64,000 nucleotides of DNA from a candidate division WWE3 bacterium RIFOXYC1_FULL_40_10 (GTDB lineage Bacteria > Patescibacteriota > WWE3 > UBA101185 > UBA10185), in assembly GCA_001773215.1 (NCBI GenBank), contig MEWB01000001.1, forward strand, positions 614,099-678,098, read 5' to 3'. Positions 10,358 to 20,391 of the stretch are shown here, one piece after another. The notes below the pieces were generated by a model. That model was not told the origin of the DNA. It searched no databases and worked only from the letters and a program-made list of their open reading frames with translations. The translations under genes and the position numbers were made by a program. Every line of letters starts with the position of its first letter. Position 1 is the stretch's first letter.

Positions 10358-10630
10358 TTAAAAGGTTATACTTTCCTCAAGAACAGTTCTCAGTTCTGTT
10401 AAAAGGTTTTCAAGCTTATTCTTTGTATCTACTCTTATCAGTGGAGTCGAATAGGTGTCGGAAATATCCTCCAATACTCTTAAGGGAGGCTCACTAACAC
10501 CTGTTTCGTATGAAGATATCGCCTTACCTGATAATCCTATTTTTTTTCCAAATGAAGCCTGGGAAATATTTAGCTTTAGTCTTAAACCACGAATTTTAGT
10601 ACCTATTATTGAACTTTTATTATTTTCCAT
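10358..10630 (-). CDS. XRE-family helix-turn-helix regulator
   Basis: IGTKIRGLRLKLNISQASFGKKIGLSGKAISSYETGVSEP is the HTH_3 pattern; likely start MENNK at 10630. Confidence 0.88.
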   Translation of the reverse strand: MENNKSSIIGTKIRGLRLKLNISQASFGKKIGLSGKAISSYETGVSEPPLRVLEDISDTYSTPLIRVDTKNKLENLLTELRTVLEESITF

Positions 10631-10686
10631 TAATAACAGAATATACCTTATTGAAGTATACATTGCAATAATATACATTGTGATTA

Positions 10687-11412
10687 ATGTCGTGGTGCAA
10701 AATAAAAGATTTAATATTAGAAGAGAGACCTCGTGAAAAGCTTATAACCTATGGATCCGAATTCCTTACGGATGTTGAGTTGCTTGCCTTGGTTTTAGGG
10801 ACCGGAGGAAAAAAAATTTCCTCGTTAGATTTAGCGAGAACTCTAATTAAAGATTATGGCAAACTGGAAAACGTTCTAAAATCCGATATTGAAAAACTAA
10901 TTAACTACAAACATATCGGAAAGGCTAAGGCAGTGGCTCTAAAAGCGATCGAACAAATAACAGAGAGACATATCTCATTTGAAGCAGAACCCGGATACCA
11001 AATTAGATCCCCCTCAGATATTTACCGATACCTAAGAAAAGATCTAAAGGACAAGGACCAAGAGCATATCTATGTATTGTGTCTGAATTCGTGTAACAAA
11101 GTAATATCGAAAAACCTTATATCAATAGGCACAAACAAAGAAGCCCTGCTATCTGGAAGGGAAGTATATATAAAAGCCTTGGAGAAAGGGGCGTCAAGCA
11201 TAGCTTTGGTTCACAACCATCCAACAGGCTCGCTGGAAGCAAGCCCGGATGACATTGCCACCACACAGAAAATCGCTGAAATTGGCCAGTATCTCAATCT
11301 TCCATTACTCGATCACCTAATAATTGGTAAGAATGATTTTTTCAGCATGAAAATGGCAGGATTACTAAATTTGGATAGAAAGGAGGTGAGCAAATATACA
11401 AAAAAATCTTAG
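10687..11412 (+). CDS. radC: RadC family JAB-domain protein
   Basis: ERPREKL, ELLALVLGTG, HhH, HNHPTG...S..D and LLDHLII. Confidence 0.95.
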   Translation: MSWCKIKDLILEERPREKLITYGSEFLTDVELLALVLGTGGKKISSLDLARTLIKDYGKLENVLKSDIEKLINYKHIGKAKAVALKAIEQITERHISFEAEPGYQIRSPSDIYRYLRKDLKDKDQEHIYVLCLNSCNKVISKNLISIGTNKEALLSGREVYIKALEKGASSIALVHNHPTGSLEASPDDIATTQKIAEIGQYLNLPLLDHLIIGKNDFFSMKMAGLLNLDRKEVSKYTKKS

Positions 11413-11995
11413 ACTTTCGAGCAAAAAAATAATAGCAAGCGCAGCACTAATAATTACTATTCTAGGTTTGGCAGGCGCTTCCTGGGCGGCTTTTGCCGAC
11501 AAAGGCGAGGTATTAGGAAGTACATTTAGCGTGGGATCAGCAAACATCCGGCTACTACAGGATCTTGCAGGGGGAATAGATCCTTCTAACTTAGTAGAAC
11601 AGTTAACCGGACCAAGTTTCCAGAACATAAGTCCTAATTGGAATCAAAATTACTTAGTAAAACTGTACAACAACGGAACATCCCAAATGCAATTAACAAC
11701 CCACGCCAGGTATGTAACGACAAACGATCCTCAGGATTTGAGAACCTTAATATACGTGGAACCTTTTAAGTGGAATGATGCTAATGCCAATGGAGTTTTA
11801 GACACCGGAGAAGAAGGAACCAGCCTAGGAAGAAAAACCTTGGTTAAATGGAGTACAGAAGGATACGATTTGGGAACTCTGGCAACTGGTCAAATTCAAG
11901 GAGTATTACTCAAGTTCTCCACAGATGCTGTTAGTGACTCAAAACAGGGAGCAACGGCAATTATTGACTTCGTTTTCGATTCAATAGGTATCTAA
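11396..11995 (+). CDS. Secreted TasA/camelysin-like protein with SipW-type signal peptide; probable ATA start
   Basis: The frame stays open upstream of the track start (TTG 11468): IQKNLRLSSKKIIASAALIITILGLAGASWAAFADKGEVLGSTFSVG. SD AGGAGGTGA at 11381-11389 sits 6 nt before in-frame ATA 11396. Confidence 0.7.
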   Translation: MQKNLRLSSKKIIASAALIITILGLAGASWAAFADKGEVLGSTFSVGSANIRLLQDLAGGIDPSNLVEQLTGPSFQNISPNWNQNYLVKLYNNGTSQMQLTTHARYVTTNDPQDLRTLIYVEPFKWNDANANGVLDTGEEGTSLGRKTLVKWSTEGYDLGTLATGQIQGVLLKFSTDAVSDSKQGATAIIDFVFDSIGI

Positions 11996-11996
11996 C

Positions 11997-12031
11997 AAAA
12001 AAACCCACCGGGTGCAAAACTCGGTGGGTTT
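11997..12031. terminator. Bidirectional terminator
   Basis: AAACCCACCG...CGGTGGGTTT hairpin with flanking A/T tracts between convergent genes. Confidence 0.8.
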
Positions 12032-12043
12032 ACAGATTTCGAA

Positions 12044-12388
12044 TCAATCCTGGTACTGTATAACGAGTGAAACCGCGTCGTCTGAGATCCATTCAAAATC
12101 GACCTTCACCCTATAACGTCCGGCAAGAATAGAAATTGAAGACAACTGTTGCCGTTGAGATCTAATGCACACTATTGAGCAGTTTTTCAACGTAAGCAGT
12201 TTCAATCCTTCTCTGAAAACGGGAAAAATCATTTCCCAATAGACGTCTTCATACCTATCTTTACACAGGGTTTCGAATTCCTTCTTAACAATTTCCTCAA
12301 CTTTCAATCGGCGAATAGTACGATTTTGGAATTCCTCAATGTCCCTTTGAGCCTGAAGTCTTTTCCTACGTGTTCTTTGTAGCACCAT
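12044..12388 (-). CDS. Hypothetical protein (MVLQRTRRK...)
   Basis: Strong SD GAGGAGGT before ATG 12388; second gene of a two-gene cassette. Confidence 0.65.
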   Translation of the reverse strand: MVLQRTRRKRLQAQRDIEEFQNRTIRRLKVEEIVKKEFETLCKDRYEDVYWEMIFPVFREGLKLLTLKNCSIVCIRSQRQQLSSISILAGRYRVKVDFEWISDDAVSLVIQYQD

Positions 12389-12399
12389 TTCTACCTCCT

Positions 12400-12726
12400 C
12401 TAGTCGACCAGGGGCGCATACCAAAGTACCACAACCACCCTGGTATCCGACTGCCAGTTAAATACCGGTTGGAATATGAATGAATTGTTCACTGCCACAT
12501 ATCCCGCCGAAAGACCCAACACAAGTTCCTCTTTAACCCCCGCTACTTCCTCAATACGGAGTAACGACTCTTTCAATACGCGTAGAACCTGCTGCCAGGT
12601 GGGACACAGTTGGAGAGAATTTTGGTCGGAAAAATTCGAAAAAATTACAAACAGCAACTCAGCTTCAACGGTTCTCCGATATTCTCTGAGAAGATGCTTC
12701 CTGCACAAATGGTTTAACAATATCAT
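12400..12726 (-). CDS. Hypothetical protein
   Basis: AGGAGGT SD before ATG 12726; TAAAAT upstream. Confidence 0.65.
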   Translation of the reverse strand: MILLNHLCRKHLLREYRRTVEAELLFVIFSNFSDQNSLQLCPTWQQVLRVLKESLLRIEEVAGVKEELVLGLSAGYVAVNNSFIFQPVFNWQSDTRVVVVLWYAPLVD

Positions 12727-12804
12727 CTCAACCTCCTATCAGCCTAATGTTCCTGCATTTTAGCATATCTTCGCTATCGCTTCATTTCCTGTTAAACTAT
12801 TTGT

Positions 12805-15360
12805 ATGGGTGTTTCAAGATATTTAAGAGAGTTTATCGGATGGTGGCTATGGGAAACTCCAAAGAGACTATTTAAAGTAGGTCACAGATACCTGATCCTA
12901 ATAAATAATCAGTTATCCTTTACTTTAAATATAAGGCTGTTATTCACCCCTTTGTTTGGAGATTACTCGTTTATTGGGCGTTTTATCGGATTTTCGGTGA
13001 GAATATTCGAGATCATTTTCGGTTTGATTTTTGTCGGAATTTTAACAATTGTGTTCTTCGCCGTTCCCCTTATTTGGTGGCTTGCACCTGTTGTGCTATT
13101 TCCCTGGCTTAATGTAATACCTTTTATAGCAATTGCAGTTTTATACTTGCTACACATTGCCCTGAATAAAGATACACCAGAAAAGAAAGTTTCCGATGTA
13201 AGCCTTTCTGATGTAAAAAAGTCATTTCGCCCGGCAACAAAGTATTATTTAGCACTTTTACGGAGAAGTTTTCATGACGGAGTTTTGGCACTATTTGAAA
13301 ATCCGCAGGTAAAGTTTCTACTAAAGAAAACTGAGCTGGAACTTCCAGATTTCATAAAGAAGATATCGGAAGCCCGGGACATAAACCTAGCAGATATTGA
13401 AACAAAAACTTTTGAAATGGCAAAAAAGCAACAAAGCAGGTATGTAGAATTGGAACAATTATTCCTTACAGTTATAGAAAACATGCCTAAGTGCGACTTG
13501 TTGCTGGGAAACTTCGGCACAAAGCTTTCTATACTACAAAAGGCTACACAAGGGATAGTAAGTGACAGAGAAAGATTGTCCCGACTGTATTTGTGGCAAG
13601 ATGACTACAAAATGCTCTTTACCGGAGGAATTGGAAAAGGAATGACCGGCCATGTTACCCCACGACTCGATGCTATGTCGGAGGATTTTACAAAACAAGC
13701 TAAGAAAGGGGGGTATGAAAGGTTTACAGTTAGAGAGAACTCAATTAAAAAAATCGGGGAAATGTTGTCGGGGTCTAATGAGAACATCCTGGTTATAGGG
13801 GATCCCGGCTCGGGAAAAACCTCATTAGTAAAGGGCATCGCATACAAAATAATCGAGGGAACCGAATACAAATCTTTGAAAAATAAACGCATAGTGAGTA
13901 TCGAGCTCAGCGGTATGATCGGAGGAACAGCCTCCTCAGGGCAATTAGCTCAAAAAATAAATGATGCGATAAAAGAAGCTCAAAGCTCACGTGATATTAT
14001 TCTGTTTGTCGATGAAATTCACACTTTGGTATCCGGAGGTGAGGGCTCCCTAATATACTCTATTCTGGAACCAATATTATCTTCGGGAACCATCCAGTTT
14101 TTAGCTGCCACTACAAAGCAGAATTATCGAAAATACATAGAACCAAACGGAGCATTCTCACGTTTATTTAATTTACTTGAACTGGAACCTGCAACTAAAG
14201 AGGAAACACTAAGCATTCTTAAATTCGATGTTGAAGAGATAGAAACCAAGAGAGGCCTTTTTGTAACCTATCCTGCACTAGAGAAAATTGTAGATTTATC
14301 CGAAAAACTAATCCACGAAAGGGTTTTACCTGATAAGGCCGTACAAATTCTGGACAGAGTCGCTTCCGCGGCCGCCCACGGAACTAAAATTGTCAATACG
14401 GATGCAGTAGAAAAAGAAATTGCCGAAATGACTCATATCCCTATGGAAGCTGTAACACAAGAAGAAGCAACCAAATTACTTAACATAGAGGAATTGTTAA
14501 AACAAATGGTAATTGGCCAGGATTTTGCCATAAAACAAATATCGTCGGCCCTTAAAAGAGCTCGTGCGGGAATGAGGGATGAAAAGAAACCAATAGCAAG
14601 CTTTCTATTTGTAGGAACTACAGGGGTTGGAAAGACCCAAACTGCAAAGGCGCTCGCAAAAAACTATTTTGGCGATGCTAAAAATATGATCAGGCTGGAT
14701 ATGAGCGAATACCAGCAGCTGGATAGTATAAATAGACTCCTTGGAACCCCTGATGGCAGCACCAAAGGGATTCTAACAGAAAAAGTAAGAACTCAGCCTT
14801 TCGCTTTGCTGTTACTAGACGAAATTGAGAAGGCCCACCCCAATATACTGCTTACCTTTTTACAGGTATTAGACGATGGCAGGCTCACTGATTCCTCCGG
14901 ACTAACAGTTGATTTCACAAATACCATAATAATTGCAACTAGCAATGCAGGTACCAAAGTTATCCAGGAAGCATTTACAGCAGGAAAAAACCCGGATGAA
15001 ATGAAAGAAACTGCAATGATGCAGGTACGTGAAAAATTTGCCCCCGAATTTTTGAATAGGTTTAATGGAATTATCGTATTCAATCCACTCACAAAAGACA
15101 ACGCCAAGAACATAGCCAAGCTCTTATTCAAGGAAGTTGCCATAGCAGCGGAACATAAAGGCATTAAGTTGTCATTCACCGATGATCTTATATCTAAAGT
15201 GGTAGAGAAGGGGTACAGCCCGGAATGGGGGGCACGCCCTATGTCGAGAGTTATAGAAGACACTGTAGAATCTTATTTGGCAGAAAAGATATTATCTCAG
15301 CAAATTAAGCAAGGGGACGAGATCGAACTCGGCTCGGAGATACTTGTTTCGATAACTTAA
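12805..15360 (+). CDS. ClpA/B/C-family double AAA+ ATPase with N-terminal transmembrane segments
   Basis: GDPGSGKT/ILFVDEIH, GTTGVGKT/LLLDEIEKAHP, RLDMSEY, GARPM; hydrophobic residues about 60-120. Confidence 0.92.
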   Translation: MGVSRYLREFIGWWLWETPKRLFKVGHRYLILINNQLSFTLNIRLLFTPLFGDYSFIGRFIGFSVRIFEIIFGLIFVGILTIVFFAVPLIWWLAPVVLFPWLNVIPFIAIAVLYLLHIALNKDTPEKKVSDVSLSDVKKSFRPATKYYLALLRRSFHDGVLALFENPQVKFLLKKTELELPDFIKKISEARDINLADIETKTFEMAKKQQSRYVELEQLFLTVIENMPKCDLLLGNFGTKLSILQKATQGIVSDRERLSRLYLWQDDYKMLFTGGIGKGMTGHVTPRLDAMSEDFTKQAKKGGYERFTVRENSIKKIGEMLSGSNENILVIGDPGSGKTSLVKGIAYKIIEGTEYKSLKNKRIVSIELSGMIGGTASSGQLAQKINDAIKEAQSSRDIILFVDEIHTLVSGGEGSLIYSILEPILSSGTIQFLAATTKQNYRKYIEPNGAFSRLFNLLELEPATKEETLSILKFDVEEIETKRGLFVTYPALEKIVDLSEKLIHERVLPDKAVQILDRVASAAAHGTKIVNTDAVEKEIAEMTHIPMEAVTQEEATKLLNIEELLKQMVIGQDFAIKQISSALKRARAGMRDEKKPIASFLFVGTTGVGKTQTAKALAKNYFGDAKNMIRLDMSEYQQLDSINRLLGTPDGSTKGILTEKVRTQPFALLLLDEIEKAHPNILLTFLQVLDDGRLTDSSGLTVDFTNTIIIATSNAGTKVIQEAFTAGKNPDEMKETAMMQVREKFAPEFLNRFNGIIVFNPLTKDNAKNIAKLLFKEVAIAAEHKGIKLSFTDDLISKVVEKGYSPEWGARPMSRVIEDTVESYLAEKILSQQIKQGDEIELGSEILVSIT

Positions 15361-15377
15361 AAAGCTATAATCCACAT

Positions 15378-16388
15378 ATGGAAAATTCGGAACCACAACA
15401 ACGCCTACAACACCTTAAAGAAGCTTTTTTCTTCAAAGATAAGCAGGAAAAGATTAAGCAACTCCAGAAAGAACTAGAGGACGAAACTACGTGGAAAAAT
15501 TGGGAACTGGGAAATAAAATTTCACAGGATGTTGCCAACCTTAAACGAGATATCGAAGAAATAGAACTGTTGGAGCTTCTACTGGAGGATAACAACGTAG
15601 AAGAATTTAACAGGGAAATAAAACGGTTGGAATTAAAAACTTTTATGTCGGATCCCCATGATAAAGGTGACGCCTTAATGTCGATACATGCCGGGCAAGG
15701 GGGCACTGAGGCAATGGATTGGGTTGAAATGCTTTATAGGATGTACCTGAGATACTGCGAAAAGAAGCACTGGAAGGTGGACGAGATAAACCAAACACCC
15801 GGAGACGAAGCCGGACTAAAAAGTGTCACATTCGAAGTGGTGGGTCCATATGTGTATGGCTTCTTAAAACACGAAGCGGGAGTCCATAGGCTAGTTAGGC
15901 AGTCTCCTTTTAACGCCGATAATCTTCGACAGACGTCGTTTGCATTGATAGAGATAATACCGGTTGTTGAGGAAAGCAAGGAAATTGAGATAAAAGAGGA
16001 GGATTTGGAATGGGATTTTTTCAGATCAGGAGGTAAAGGAGGGCAAAATGTTAACAAAGTATCCACTGCAGTTAGGCTCAAACATATTCCTTCGGGAATA
16101 ATTGTTGAATCACAAGAGGAAAGATATCAAGGCCGAAACCGCGACAAAGCCTTAAAGGTGTTGAAAGCAAAATTATTCGCCCTGGAACAGCAAAAAATCG
16201 AGGAAGAAACACAAAAGGCTAAGGGTACCTTTAAAACACCTGGATGGGGAAATCAAATTAGAAACTACGTTCTCCATCCTTATAAATTAATAAAAGATTT
16301 GAGAACTAATATAGAACACGTTAACCCCGAAATGGTACTAAACGGAGATCTTGACGAGTTTATCGACGCCGAAGTTGCCCAATTATAA
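15378..16388 (+). CDS. prfB: Peptide chain release factor 2 (no programmed frameshift)
   Basis: SPF motif (VRQSPFN), GGKGGQNVNK, WGNQIRNYVLHPY. Confidence 0.96.
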   Translation: MENSEPQQRLQHLKEAFFFKDKQEKIKQLQKELEDETTWKNWELGNKISQDVANLKRDIEEIELLELLLEDNNVEEFNREIKRLELKTFMSDPHDKGDALMSIHAGQGGTEAMDWVEMLYRMYLRYCEKKHWKVDEINQTPGDEAGLKSVTFEVVGPYVYGFLKHEAGVHRLVRQSPFNADNLRQTSFALIEIIPVVEESKEIEIKEEDLEWDFFRSGGKGGQNVNKVSTAVRLKHIPSGIIVESQEERYQGRNRDKALKVLKAKLFALEQQKIEEETQKAKGTFKTPGWGNQIRNYVLHPYKLIKDLRTNIEHVNPEMVLNGDLDEFIDAEVAQL

Positions 16389-16395
16389 CGCTTTA

Positions 16396-18639
16396 TCATT
16401 CCAAACTATCAACGGATTCATTGCCTAGACCGGGTTCGCTATCAGTGTGACCAGGCATAGAGTTATTGCCCACCAAAACGTCCCTAGCTTTACTCCCCCC
16501 CTCATGAGGGCCAATAATACCCTTCTCTTCCATGATATCAATAAGTCTTGCAGCCCTGGCGTAACCTATCGAAAGCTTTCTCTGTAGTAATGATGCAGAT
16601 GCTTTTCCCATCGCTACTACAAGCTCAACTGCATCATCAAAAACGTCATCATCTACGTCACCTCCCCAAGCACTTTTTACGTTACCCCCGGATTTTTCAG
16701 TCTCCATGTTAAGAACCTCATCTTTATATTCAGGCCCCACATCTTGGCTTTTTAGATAAGTCACTAAGTTGCTAATTTCCGAGTCGGTAATCCAGGGGCT
16801 TTGTAACCTAGTGGGCTTTTGAGCATCCGGAGGAACAAACAACATGTCCCCCTTGCCCAGCAGTTTTTCGGCACCCGGCTGATCGATAATTACTCTCGAG
16901 TCTATTTGACTTGTAACATTTAGTGCAATTCTACAAGGTATGTTTGCTTTAATTAGTCCTGTTATTATTTCTGTGGAAGGTCTTTGAACTGCAAGTATCA
17001 GATGAATTCCTGTGGCACGTGCCAATTGGGCCAGCCTGATAATGCTTTTCTCTACACCGGCAGGGTCTTGAACCATTATTTCGGCTAACTCATCAACAAT
17101 AATCAAAATATAAGGTAAAGCCTGAAAACCAGACTTTTCATTGTAAGACTCAATATTTCTAGCTTTTGCCTGCTCAAATAGTGCGTATCTTCTTTCCATT
17201 TCGGCACATGCCCACTTAAAAGCCGAAGGAGCTTTTTCCATATTAGTGATAACGGGAGTAATAAGATGAGGTATATCCTTGTAATGAACAAGCTCAACTC
17301 TTTTTGGATCCATTAAGATAAACTTAACTTCCTGGGGGCTAGCCCTATAAAGTATTGAAAACATCAGATTATGTATAAATACGGATTTCCCTGATCCGGT
17401 TGTCCCAGCAATCAATAAGTGAGGCATCTTTGCAATATCATAAACGTAAGTTCTACCACCAACGTCCTTGCCAAGTACAATACTAATTTTAGACTTGGAA
17501 TTTTTCATTGCATCGGATGTTAACAACGATTTGAAATACAGGATGGTTCTCGAATTATTTGGTACCTCTATACCAATTAACGACTTCCCGGGAATTGGTG
17601 CCTCAATTCTGACTGATCCCGTTGATGAAGCCAAGGCCAAAGCTAGATTTTCCTGTAAACTGGCAATTTTAGACACTTTAGTAACCGATTTGGGTCTTAA
17701 AGAGAATTGCGTGACAGAAGAACCTACTTTTACGTCTTCTATGTCAACATCAATTCCAAACGATCTTAGAGTGTCTTTAATTATCTTCGAGCGGATCTCA
17801 ATATCGGAAGTATCAGGCTTCTCAACCGGCGGATCCACAAGCAATTCCAAAGAAGGTGTTTGCCATATTTTATCTGCAAAAGAAAATTCAGGAGTTTGCG
17901 GTGCCAAAGAAGTAGTTTGATGTCTTGGTTGGTCCATCTGCATAGGCTCTGCCGGTGGGGGAACAATTTCGATTTCCGGTTCTATATCTGATTTATAAGT
18001 GTATGTCGAGACCTCTGGCGCATCGTATGAAGTGTCACTAGAAATAATACCGCTACTTATGTCAATGTCATCTTTTGATCGAACTTTTTTCTTTGGGAAT
18101 TTCTCGGCAATATTCTTTAATATCCCCTGGACTGATGCCAAAATTTGGTTCAGCGGAATATCAAGCAAAATTATCAGAGACATGCCTATAACAAGCAGCA
18201 GGAGTACAAATGCCCCCGGCTTGCTGATACTATTCCACAGAACCATTGAAATTTTGTAACCAACTAAGCCTCCTCCACCACCGTCCTTTGCCACTTCGTA
18301 AGATTGGTCTTGACCTACAAACAGATGTAAAAAACCGGCTAAAGCTAACGTCAACATTGCCCCTCCAACTAACAACCGTGGCTCTCTAAATTTAATTTTT
18401 GTGTTATTAACAAACAAAATTCCTAGTAACAAAAACAAAAAGGGAGCAAATATTGCAACATTTCCTAAAGTTCCTCTTAATAAGTCTTGTACCTTTGCAT
18501 TCAGAGAATAAGAAGGTGCAAAAAAGGAAACCAGCGAAAGCACCGCCACTGAAAATATCACTAGCGCAATAATAGACCTCGTTGTTTCCGGGCGAATATT
18601 CAATTTAAGCTTAAATTTTTTCTTTCGACCTCTAGGCAT
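16396..18639 (-). CDS. ftsK: DNA translocase FtsK/SpoIIIE
   Basis: N-terminal 4TM region, PHLLIAGTTGSGKS, IIVDELAE, gamma domain LQRKLSIGYARAARLID. Confidence 0.97.
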   Translation of the reverse strand: MPRGRKKKFKLKLNIRPETTRSIIALVIFSVAVLSLVSFFAPSYSLNAKVQDLLRGTLGNVAIFAPFLFLLLGILFVNNTKIKFREPRLLVGGAMLTLALAGFLHLFVGQDQSYEVAKDGGGGGLVGYKISMVLWNSISKPGAFVLLLLVIGMSLIILLDIPLNQILASVQGILKNIAEKFPKKKVRSKDDIDISSGIISSDTSYDAPEVSTYTYKSDIEPEIEIVPPPAEPMQMDQPRHQTTSLAPQTPEFSFADKIWQTPSLELLVDPPVEKPDTSDIEIRSKIIKDTLRSFGIDVDIEDVKVGSSVTQFSLRPKSVTKVSKIASLQENLALALASSTGSVRIEAPIPGKSLIGIEVPNNSRTILYFKSLLTSDAMKNSKSKISIVLGKDVGGRTYVYDIAKMPHLLIAGTTGSGKSVFIHNLMFSILYRASPQEVKFILMDPKRVELVHYKDIPHLITPVITNMEKAPSAFKWACAEMERRYALFEQAKARNIESYNEKSGFQALPYILIIVDELAEIMVQDPAGVEKSIIRLAQLARATGIHLILAVQRPSTEIITGLIKANIPCRIALNVTSQIDSRVIIDQPGAEKLLGKGDMLFVPPDAQKPTRLQSPWITDSEISNLVTYLKSQDVGPEYKDEVLNMETEKSGGNVKSAWGGDVDDDVFDDAVELVVAMGKASASLLQRKLSIGYARAARLIDIMEEKGIIGPHEGGSKARDVLVGNNSMPGHTDSEPGLGNESVDSLE

Positions 18640-18659
18640 TGGTATTATAATAGCAGTAT

Positions 18660-20387
18660 TTACACTGATATGGAATGAACAATCACCATTGGAGTGCGAC
18701 CCTCTTCTTTTCGAATATATTTATCAACATCATTCTCAATTTTGCGTCGCAAACTTCCCCAATCCAGCCCTTTCGACTGGTGCTTATTAATTGTTTTCGT
18801 AATAAATTTCCTGCTCCTGTCCATAAACTCCCTGGATTCTTTAACGTATATGAACCCTCGAGTTACAATATCAATTTTGTCCGCAAATATTTGATTGTTT
18901 TTCCTTGATACGGGCACCAGTACAACAAAAACGCCGTCTGTGCACATTTGGTCTCGGTCTTTTAGGAGTATTGGATCAATTTGGCTTGCCATAGCCCCCT
19001 GCCCACCAATATACACCTGCTTTACTTCCAGTTTCGTTCCCATTCTAGCAGTTCCTCTTTCAAACAAGATACAATCCCCTTCAGTAGGTTCCAAAACCCT
19101 ATCCTTTGAAACCCCAAGGGATTCTACCATTCTGGAATAAGCCTTCATCTTAGTTATCGTACCGCCTATAGGTAAATAGTACCTAGGTTTTACAACTGCA
19201 GCAATGGTCATTAAGTCATCTCGTGTTCCATGACCTGACACATGCAGGTTATCCTGAATTCCACTGTAAATGACTTCCGCCCCGATAGTAGTAAGTTGAG
19301 CCATCATTCTATCCACTGCAATATCTACTCCCGGAGGATTTGGATCGGCTGAAAAGATTACTGCGGCATCCTCTTCTAACTGGATATATCTATTTTCGTT
19401 TCTACTTACTTTCCCAAGTGCTGAATCCTCTTGGCCGTAGCACCCTGCGATGATATAAACTAAACTTTTTTGGTCATACTCATTAGCTATTTTGTCATCT
19501 ACAAATATAGATTCGTCGAAAGGCAAATAGCCAAGTTTTTTAGCAACATCAGTATTCTGCTTTATAGAACGCCCTGAAAATACCACCTTTTTTCCGATTT
19601 TTGCCGCTGCACTTATAATTTGATACATTCTGGATATATTTGACGATATTGTTGTGACAAGAATCTGTCTTGACTCATATTTATCAAACAAATCAACAAA
19701 TGTATCGTTAAGAGTCGCTTCGGATTTTGACCTACCTTCATGGGTTACACCTAAACAATCGGATAATAGGCACAGTACACCACTCTCCCCATATGACGCT
19801 ATCCTTCCCAAATCAATCGGTTTGTCTATAACAGGTGTCCAATCTATTTTGTAGTCGGCCATATGAAGAATTCTGCCCTCTGGAGTATTTATTGAAATAC
19901 CTGTTGCCTCCGGAACAGAGTGATTCACCCTAAAGGCGGATAAAGAAAACGCCCCTATTTTTACCTCAGCAGTACTAGGAGAAAATTCATGGAAGCGCAA
20001 CTTATCCAACAATGGTTTAAACTGCTTATCACCCAATTTTTCACGGATAAAACCCTGAACGAGTTTACCCGCATAAATTGGCACATCGAACTCCTCCATC
20101 AAAAAAGGAATTGCCCCTATATGATCTTCATGCCCGTGGGTAATTATCAAAGCTTTAAACTTGTGTCTGTTATCCCGCAGATAAGTAAAATCGGGTATTA
20201 CAACATTTACCCCAAGCATATCGTTGTCGGGAAAATCTACTCCGCAATCTATCGCAATTATTGTGTCGTTGTACTCATATAGAGTCATATTCTTTGTAAC
20301 CGTCTCAGTTCCTGATAAAGTGATTATTTTTAGTCCTCCCGAACTGCCGGCCGTATTATTAATTAAAGTATCTATCATATTATTCAT
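18660..20387 (-). CDS. rnj: Ribonuclease J
   Basis: THGHEDHIGA, VNHSVPE, LHVSGHG, TRGFIYVKES. Confidence 0.95.
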   Translation of the reverse strand: MNNMIDTLINNTAGSSGGLKIITLSGTETVTKNMTLYEYNDTIIAIDCGVDFPDNDMLGVNVVIPDFTYLRDNRHKFKALIITHGHEDHIGAIPFLMEEFDVPIYAGKLVQGFIREKLGDKQFKPLLDKLRFHEFSPSTAEVKIGAFSLSAFRVNHSVPEATGISINTPEGRILHMADYKIDWTPVIDKPIDLGRIASYGESGVLCLLSDCLGVTHEGRSKSEATLNDTFVDLFDKYESRQILVTTISSNISRMYQIISAAAKIGKKVVFSGRSIKQNTDVAKKLGYLPFDESIFVDDKIANEYDQKSLVYIIAGCYGQEDSALGKVSRNENRYIQLEEDAAVIFSADPNPPGVDIAVDRMMAQLTTIGAEVIYSGIQDNLHVSGHGTRDDLMTIAAVVKPRYYLPIGGTITKMKAYSRMVESLGVSKDRVLEPTEGDCILFERGTARMGTKLEVKQVYIGGQGAMASQIDPILLKDRDQMCTDGVFVVLVPVSRKNNQIFADKIDIVTRGFIYVKESREFMDRSRKFITKTINKHQSKGLDWGSLRRKIENDVDKYIRKEEGRTPMVIVHSISV

Positions 20388-20391
20388 TTTT

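Noticed and set aside
10358-12726. Prophage or integrative element (XRE, radC, ORFans)
   Set aside because: No integrase, att repeats or phage structural genes; radC is the full-length chromosomal type.
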